A stretch of 64,000 nt of DNA from assembly GCF_009914755.1 (NCBI RefSeq), contig NC_060947.1; one strand, 5' to 3'. The position numbers were made by a program, and so were the translations under genes. Shown piece by piece: positions 54,750-64,000 of the stretch. Origin of the DNA: the human T2T-CHM13v2.0 reference genome, Homo sapiens. Positions within the stretch are counted from its first letter, which is position 1. Every line of letters starts with the position of its first letter. The notes below the pieces were generated by a model. It had not been told where the DNA came from. It saw only the letters and a list, made by a program, of their open reading frames with translations, and ran no database searches.

Positions 54750-55255
54750 TCAGTGCCAATTTAATCTGAAAAAAACAAACAGAAAGCACATGAATATTGA
54801 ATGCAAAATATGAATGTAGAGAATTGTTTTCATGGATAAAAGAAGAACTGGGAAGTCAAAGAGTGGACAGTAAGATAACCCAAAGTTAGCAACATCAGAA
54901 ATCACAACAGCCCAAGGCCAGAGGACAAAGGGAAGTGGCAGGGCTATCAAATCCCAAGAGATAAAATTACCCGGCTAAAACTAGAATTACAGGGAGAACT
55001 AAAGCCACAGAGGAGATGCAATTGCTACTTGAGATCTCATTTGAAACAAAGAGAATAATACTCTGGTTTCTGCTCACTTTCTACTCTCCAATGTTCTGTC
55101 AGTGCCTCTTATTAGCTGAACCCAGACGGATGTCAGCTATCAATGGAACCTGGGAAACAGATTTCAGAAGTTACTCCCTCAGCATTTGCCATATGGAACA
55201 GAGCAGGAGAAAGGAGAAAGGTGAGGAATGAATATGAAGGAGAATAGGCCCTGTA
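54750..55255 (-). mobile_element. Old ERVL LTR (LTR33/LTR41-like)
   Basis: 'cagtgcctcttattagctgaacc...cctgggaaa' motif. Heavily diverged. Confidence 0.45.
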
Positions 55256-55619
55256 ATGGCATAGTACTTTTGTCACTCAGCATTCATTCTCATACTTCTA
55301 ACTACATACAACATCTTTACACTTCTACTTATTATAAGGCAAATATCTGTTATATAAACAATGATCACATCATCCACTCAAACAAGAAAGACAAAAGGAC
55401 TCATCAGTCATTGTATTCATCCCAATTCCAGAATCTTTAGATAATACAAAGTTTATTCCATCAGATTCAAATATCACTCCTCATAGTTACGTGACATATG
55501 GACTAATTTGTAAAGCTGTGCACCTCTCACTCTCCTTATACAAAATATAGTATGGGTACCCTAATTTGTTTAACTATTCACAAAGGGAATAGTTGATATT
55601 TAACATTTCATTGAAGAGA

Positions 55620-56350
55620 AATATCTCTGCCCTGTTACCCAAACCAGAAAACTGCAAGGAATTCCAGAATCCTTTTCTTTCTTTCCCCTCATTCAGCCTA
55701 TCATAATTCCTGCCAAACTCACCATTTCACCATCTCTCAAATCTTCCACTACCACTTTGGTAATTCAGGCTTTCATTGTATCCCATTTGGATACATGGAA
55801 TAGTTTGCTAATTTGTCTCCCTGCCTTCACTGTTTCCCCTGGGTAATTAAAACTCCACACTTCCATTTAAGCCAGCAGAAACACAGATCTGATCATGTCA
55901 TTTCCATTGTTCCTGCATCAATATAAAATTCAGGCTCCTTAACATGACTGCCAAGGTCCTTCACCATCTGTTAGCAATCTTCATATCCAGGTTCATCTTT
56001 TTCATTCCTAGATACATTTCTTTACTCCATGGAAATTAGATTATACAGGGTTCCTGAATGTGTTATAAATTTTTTAATCTTTAAGCCTTTAATAATTCTA
56101 TTTTCTTTACCTGCAATATATGCCTACCCTCCTTACCTGTGAGAATTAAATTCACTCTTTAAAATTTTGTTCAAACATCACATCTTCTGTGAAGCCTCCT
56201 TTGATTGCCTACATTCCTATCCACCATCAGCTGTAATTACACCTTCCTTTATATGCCTTATACACTTAGTATATATTTTAATATATCACAGGTTGCATGA
56301 TGTAACTTTCTGTTTTCCTATTGGTCTCTTCATCTAGAGTAACTTTGCTT
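55620..56350 (+). mobile_element. L2 fragment
   Basis: 'cagatctgatcatgtca', 'ctccttaacatg..caaggtccttca' and 'cttctgtgaagcct'. Confidence 0.7.
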
Positions 56351-56383
56351 CAGTAACTGCTAGAACATTTGGGACAAGGTTGG

Positions 56384-58919
56384 TGCCTTAGTTTGTTTTG
56401 TGCTGCTATAACAAAATACACAAGGCTGGGTAATGTGTAAAGAATAAAAAGTTTATTTTCTTCATGCTTCTGCTGGCTAGAAAGTTCAAAGGCATGGCGC
56501 TGGCTTCTGGTGAGAGCTTTTGTGCTGCATCATAACAGTATGGGAAGGTCAAAGGGGAAGCAGGCACCTGTGAAGAGGCAAATATTAAGAGGCACCCTGG
56601 CTTTATAACAACCCACTCTCATGGGAACTAATTCAGTTTTGCTAGAGCGAGAATTCACTACTGCAAGAGTGGCACCAAGCCATTCATGTGGGATCTGCTC
56701 ACTAGGTCCACCTCCCAGCATTACCATATTGGAGAACAAATTTCAACATGAGGTTTTGTGGGTATAAACTATATCCAAACTATTGCATTCTAATTCTAGT
56801 CCCCCCAAACTCAAGTCCTTCTCACATAGAAAATATAATTCTTCCATCACAATAGTCCTAAAAGTCTTAACTTGTTCCAGCTCCAACTCAAAAGTCCCAA
56901 GTCTAAAACCTTATTGAGACTCAAGGCTGACTTATTCCAGCTATGAGCCTGTAAAATCAAAAGCAACTTACTTCCAAGATACAATGGTGGGACAGATATT
57001 TGATAAACATTCCTATTCTAAAGAGAGAAACTGACCACAATAAAGAAATCATAGTCCTCATGCAAGTCCTAAACCCAGCAGGGAAACTGACCACAATAAA
57101 GAAATCATAGTCCTCATGCAAGTCCTAAACCCAGCAGGGCAGACACTAAATCTTAAAGCTCTAGAATAATCTCCTTTGACTCTATGTTCTACTTCCTGAA
57201 CACACTGATGTGAGGGCTGAACTGCCGAGACCTGAAGTAGCCCCACTCCCATGGCTTTGCTTCATGCAGCCAACATGGCTACTCTCGTGGATTAAAGTCA
57301 AACGCCTGCAACTTTTACAGGCTGATGTTACATGCTGCCAGTGGCTCTACCATTCTGGGGTCCCTGTGGTGGCTTCTTCTCTGTAGCTCCCATAGACATT
57401 ATCCTGAGGATATTCTGTGGCAGCTCTGACCTCACACCTCACATTCCTGCTTAGCATTGCTCTAGTAGAGGTTCTCTGCAGTGGCTCTGCTCCTCTGACA
57501 AATCTCTGCCTGGGCCTGCATGCTTTTCTATACATTATTTGAAATCGCAGTAGAGGAAGTCCCACCTCAATAGCTCTTGCATTGTGTGGGCTTGCAGACT
57601 TAACAACACATGGAAGCTGCCTTACGGTCTGTGCTATCCAGAGCAACAGCCAAGCTGTACCTGGGGCCATTTGTGCCATGGCTGCTTTAGCTGGAGAGGC
57701 GAGGATGGGGGAGCAGCATCCAAAGATGGGCAGGGCAGCAGCACCCTGGGCCTATTCCCCAAGATCAATGTGTTATCCTAGGCCTCTGGGCCTGCGATGG
57801 ATTGGGTAACCTTGAAGATCTCTGAAATGCCTTCAGGGCCTTTTTTCCATTTTTCTAACAATTATCACCTGGCTTGCTCTTCTGTTTTGCTAATCTCTTT
57901 AGCAAGCAATCCATAGGCCACACCTTTAGATTTCTCTCCTGGAAACACTGATTCTCTACCACACAGCCAGGCTGTGAATTTTTCAAACTTTTGTGCTCTG
58001 CTTTCCTTTTAATTATAAATTCTGCTGTTAGCTCATTTCTTTCCTGCCGTGACTGAGCATAAGCTAGTCAATGCAATCATGCCACTTCTTGATCATTTTC
58101 CTGCTCAGAAATGTCTTCCAGCAGGTATCCCAGTTCATCCCTCTTGAGTTCAGCCTTTCTCAATATCCTAGGGATGGATACAATGCAATCATGTTCTTTG
58201 CAACTGTTTAACAAGGGTGATCTTTGCTCCGGTTTCAGAATAAATACCCCTTACTTTTGTCCACATTTCTACCAGCAGTTTGGTCAAAACCAATTAAGCA
58301 ATCTCTTCCAAACTTTTGCTGGTATTTTTGCCTTTTTCCGAGTCCTCACCAGAGCTCTTAATATTCCATTCACTGCAATGTGATCTCTTTGTAGCCTGTT
58401 CCTCCAAACTCTCCTAACCTCTGTCCATTGCCCAATGCCAAAGCTGAATCCACATTTTCAGGTATCTTTATAGAACACCCAGCTCCAAAAGTTCCAATTT
58501 TCTGTCAGAGTCCATTTTGTGTTGATATAACAGAATACCTGAGACTGGGTAATTTTTTTTTTTTAAAGGTTTATTTAACTAGTGGTTTTGCAGGCTGGGT
58601 AGTTGAAGGCCTTGGCTTCTAGTGAGGGCATTCTTGCTGCATCTTAACATGATAGAGAAGGTCAAAGGGGAAATGGAGGTGTGCAAAGAGACAAAACCTG
58701 AGGGGCATCCTGGCTTTATAACAACCCACTCTCAAAGGAGCTAATCCAGTCTTGCCAGAGTGAGAACTCACTCACTACCATGAGAATGGCACCAAGTCAT
58801 TCATGAGGGATTTGCCCCCATGACCTAAACATCTCCAACTGGGTCTCAACACAAGCACTGCCACTTTGTGAATAAAATTTTAACATGAGTTTTGGTAGGA
58901 ACAAATTCAAACCATAGCA
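56384..58919 (-). mobile_element. Full MST(C)-type MaLR provirus: LTR 56384-56787, internal region, LTR 58503-58919
   Basis: Two homologous LTRs share 'gaaggtcaaagggga' and 'ctggctttataacaacccactctca'. The intervening sequence is MST-int-like ('cttccaagatacaatgg'). No clear TSD. Confidence 0.85.
57027..57138. repeat. Perfect 56-bp tandem duplication
   Basis: 57027-57082 is identical to 57083-57138. Confidence 0.97.
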
Positions 58920-59430
58920 AACATACGCTAAATAGAGGTCTATGTGGATGAATACATGAACTAATTAATCATACATTTGATGGATGAGGACAAAATGTCT
59001 TAATGTTGGCTTTACATTTTATTGTATTAACAATTCTATGTTTAAGCTAAAATTATGCCTGAAGAATATACTGTGATGGAAGTCCACCCCCTTAACCCTG
59101 GAACTCAATTCTTCTGATTTCCTCTAGAGAAAATATGCTAGAATGAACTGTGATAGAGGTTTATGGGTTAGAGTAAAAAGCCTCGAAAGGCTGATATCAG
59201 GGAGATAATATGAATTACTGGAAAGAGCACCTGGCCCGTCGTTTGACAAAACTGTGTTCGATTTCTGGCTCTCCTCCTTAATTGCTCTTGTACCTTGATC
59301 AAGTCTGAATTTTCCAGTTTTTTGCATCAAGTCTCAGAGATTTTATATGAAGATTAAAAGGGGGCAGCAAGGCAGCATATGTGGAAATCGTACATAAATG
59401 AGTAAATACTACTATGCAAAAATAAGTGAG

Positions 59431-59795
59431 TGTATTAGTCTGTTCTCATGCTGCTAATAAAGACATACCTGACACTGGGTTATTTATAAAGGAAAGAGGG
59501 TTTAATTGACTCATAGTTCCACATGGCTGGGGAGGCCTCACAATCATGGCAGAAGGCGAGTGAGGAGCAAAGTCACATCTTACATGGTTCCATGGCTGCA
59601 GGCAAGAGAGCTTGTGCAGGAGAACTACCATTTATAAAACCATCAGATCTCATGAGACTTATTCACTACTACGAGAACAGTATGGGGGAAACTGCCCCCA
59701 TGATTCAATTATCTCCACATGTCAGGACACTTGATGTGTGGGGGTTATTACAATTCAAGGTGAGATTTGGGTGGGGACACATCCAAACCCTATCA
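59431..59795 (-). mobile_element. THE1-family solo LTR
   Basis: tgtattagtc...gagatttgggtggggacac...tatca. TSD gtgag/gtgaa. Confidence 0.93.
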
Positions 59796-59814
59796 GTGAA
59801 GTAGTGTAATTAAA

Positions 59815-60399
<585 letters not shown>

Positions 60400-62109
60400 T
60401 GTTGTTATTATTATAACTCGCAACTCATGATCAGAGTATCAAATCACACCAGCGAAGAGATATACCAACATGGAAACTGTCACAAAGATTAGTAATTTCC
60501 AGTCGTCTGGGGAAATTGCCCAAGACGTATATTTCCAGTTATCTTCATATAGTTTGGCACTATGATGCTCTGAAATACCATATAAAGCACATAGTGTATT
60601 TCTATTGTAGCACAGTGAATGCTACACCATGGTATTTGCTAGGAAAACATTTAAGAATGCAATCATGGATAAGCACTGGCTTAAGGCTATCATATTGGGC
60701 CAGAGTCAGAGCTATTCCTAATGTAATAATGAATAGGTGATTTATTCTAGTCAGATCAGTATTTGTAAAAGTTGATTATGACAGAATACCATTCTTAATG
60801 CTACAGCAAAGGTAAATTCCCCATTTCATTCCAATTCTATGTAATGTAAAAATGACTTGAGCTGTCACTATGAAATTTCATTATCTGAAAAAGAAAGAAA
60901 GTTAACAAGCCCTTCCTCAATTTTTGTGTGCTTTTTAAAAGTTAAGCTGTACTGATTAGCATCTGAATTTCTAATTGCTTTCCACAGTAAGTATTATATG
61001 GTCAACTTGCAGAACTGCCTAGTAGAGACATGCACTAAGAAACTTTATTTTTTTAATGTGATATGAGAACAATTTTAGTTTTAACAGTGTCTTTAAGCCC
61101 AGAAACTCTATATCTTTCATATCAATAGGAGATCATGGTAACATTGTAAAATAGTGTTCTTTATATTATGTCTCTGAGGACATTTTAGAGGTTATTTTGC
61201 TTAATTCTAAAGATTTCCGGGAAGAGACCTCAGATATTATCACTCTTAACCAGAAAAAGCATAGAAAAATCTGGGCATCAGACAGGGTGAGTAGCAGGCT
61301 TAAGAGGATAGCAGCAAGATTTCTTAACTATGAAGTAATCTAATACATATATAATCTAATCTAATAGATTAGTTCTAATATAATCTAATTATAATATTAT
61401 CTAAAATGTGTTTATGAATCTATAAATATAGTTATATTTTACTTATTAAAGACATTAAATACTATAGGCTTGAAAAAACTTCAATCTTTTTTTCTGCTAC
61501 TAAAATTTAGTCTTCTATTTTGTTAGGTCTATTGCAAAAAGGAGGTAGACAAAGATCATATATTTTTTTAAAGTCTTCAAAATTCTCTGGCTAAAATAGA
61601 CTTCTGTTTCTGGCTATGATGGTAACTAGTAATAGCTCTCCCAATATAAACAATTAAAAGAAATTAAACAAATTTTTTGAGGAAACTTTTTTCAGGTATT
61701 GCCAACTAGATAACTGTGATAATTAGAGGTGCTAAGCATATAACTGAGTTCCAGGACATCCCCATTCATTGACTGGAGCAATTTTTCAAAAACAGTGCAG
61801 TGAACTGAGGTGTAAGCAAAACATGAGCTAGTCTTGCTCATGTATCTAATCTCAGGATACAGAGATTCGAATTTTGGGCAGCTGAAATTTCTGGATTCTG
61901 CAGGTCAGGCAACAAGAAAGGAGAAAGATGTGCAAAGGAAGGTCCCTGAAGTCTGTGTGGCAATGTTCCATAAGTGCTACTTGGCAATGTGAAGTGGGAA
62001 GTTGGAAATGGGGAAGTGTAAAATGTCTGCTGTTAAATAAAAAGTGGGAAGTATGAAATAGTAACCATGAAAGCGAAGGTATAAAATATGACGTATGATG
62101 TTGAGATCC

Positions 62110-62236
62110 ATATATATGTGTGTATATATATATATACGTATATATGTGTATATATACGTATATATGTATATGTGTATATATATGTGTATATATATATAGA
62201 GAGAGAGAGAGAGAAAGAAAGAAAGAGACAGAGAGA
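62110..62236. repeat. (TA/TG)n plus (GA)n microsatellite at the Alu tail position
   Basis: Seen directly. Confidence 0.9.
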
Positions 62237-62504
62237 TGGAGTCTCGCTCCGTCACCAAGCTGGAGTGCAGTGGCACAATCTTGGCTCACTGCAACCTCCG
62301 CTTCCCCAGTTCAAGCAATTCTCAGCCTCCCAAGTAGCTGGGACTACAGGCACACACCAACAAGCTCAGTTAATTTTTGTATTTTTAGGAGAGACAGGGT
62401 TTCACCATGTTGGCCGGGATGATCTCGATCTCTTGACCTCATGATCTGCCCACCTCGGCCTCCCAAAGTGCTGGGATTACAGGTGTGAGCCACCATGCCT
62501 GGCT
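62233..62504 (-). mobile_element. AluSc-like
   Basis: 'gatctcgatctcttgacctc' and the 2-nt-short 'gtcaccaagctgg'. Confidence 0.92.
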
Positions 62505-62884
62505 GGTGTTGCAATATTGATTAGACTTTGATAGATTAAGATAACATATAATTAATCCTAGTAAAGTCACTAAAGAAATTAAAAGAGGTATATCCATGAA
62601 GACAATGTACAAAATAAAACGGAATGTAAAAAATTTAATTCAAGCAAAAGATGAGAAGAAAAGAGCAATAGAGGAGCAAATCAAAAAGAGATGTGCAAAG
62701 TGGAAAAATATACCAGAATCACAGAATAAAATCCAATGATTTCAACAATCCCATTTAAAGTAAATTGATTAAACACTTTAATTAGAATGCAGAGATTTTC
62801 AGATTTGATAAAAAATTAAGACCTAATAAGAAATTACTTATAGGAAACAAAAGAGACATTAAAGACAGAAGTAGATTGAAATTA

Positions 62885-64000
62885 AATCCACATGAATATT
62901 TCAACAGAGACAGAAAAGGCTTTCAATAAAATTTAACATCCCTTCATGTTAAAACTCTCACTAAAGTAGGTATTGAAAGAACATACCTCAGAATAATAAC
63001 AGCCATATATGTCAGTCCCACAGCCAACATCCTACTGAATGGGCAAAAGCTAGATGCATTCTCCTTGAAAACCCACAAAAGACAAAGATGTCCTTTCTCA
63101 CCACTCCTATTCAACATCATGTTGGAAGTACTTGGCCAGGGCAGTCAGGCAAGAGAAAGACATAAAGCGCATCCAAATAGGAAGAGAGGAAGTAAAACTA
63201 TTCCTGTTTGCAGATGATATGATTCTATACCTAGAAAACCCCATAGTCTCACCCCAAAAGCTCCTTAAGCTGACAAGCAATGGCTCAGGATATGAAATCA
63301 ATGTACAAAAATCATGATCATTCTTATACACCAATAATGGCCAAGATGAGAGCCAAATGAAGAACACAATCTCATTTGCAATTGCCACTGAAAGAATAAA
63401 ATACCTTGGAATACAGCTAACTGGAAAGGTGAAAGATTTCTACAAGCAGAACTACAAACCACTGCACAAAGAAAAAAAAAAAGCAGATGACACAAACAGA
63501 TGGAAAAAAACATTTCATGCTCATGGATGGGAAGAATCAGTATCTTTAAAATGGCCATACTGCGCAAAGCAATTTACAGATTCAACGCTATTCCTGCAAA
63601 ACTATCAAAGACGTTCTTCACAGAACTAGGAAAAACTATTTAAAAATCCATTTGGAATCAAAAGAGAGCCAAAATAGCCAAGGCAATCCTAAGCAAAAGG
63701 AAAAAAACCTGGAGGCATCACACTACCTGACTTCAAACTATACCACAGGGCTATAGCAACCAAAAGACCATGGTATTTGTACAAACACAGACACATAGAC
63801 CAATGGAACAGAATAGAGAGTCCAGAAATAAGGCCATACACCTACAGCTAGCTGATCTTGGACAAAGTTGACAAAAACAAGCAATGGTGAAAGGACTCTC
63901 TATTCTATAAATGGTGCTGGGTAACTGCCTAGTCATATGCAGAAGATTGAAATTGGGCACCTTCTTTACACCATATACAAAAATTAACTCAAGATGGATT
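62885..64000 (+). mobile_element. L1 (L1PB/old L1PA) ORF2 RT region, degraded, runs off the window
   Basis: [37 protein letters not shown] and IKYLGIQLT. Contains stops and frameshifts. Confidence 0.92.

Overview
Human/primate-type genomic DNA, AT-rich and dominated by transposons. No host protein-coding exon, RNA gene or prokaryotic system is recognisable. The centrepiece is a full-length 8.84-kb HERV-E provirus (19816-28656, + strand). It has LTR2B/LTR2C-like LTRs, a tRNA-Glu PBS, an ATAG target-site duplication and disabled gag/pro/pol/env, and it sits inside a full-length Tigger1 DNA transposon. The window also holds a solo LTR12C, a full MST(C)-type MaLR provirus, THE1/MLT solo LTRs, many L1/L2/CR1/MIR/Alu fragments and microsatellites. 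The most unusual observations are four. (i) The provirus U5/PBS junction encodes ATFLGSLTWK, the sequence I recall as the CT-RCC-1 kidney-cancer T-cell epitope. (ii) A 180-bp inverted copy of the LTR is inserted 4 kb upstream with microhomology junctions. (iii) An exact 37-nt copy of pol sequence is inserted into gag. (iv) A 128-bp near-palindrome carries an internal duplication. I found no new multi-gene biological system. Repeat subfamily names come from recalled consensus sequences and need RepeatMasker/Dfam confirmation.
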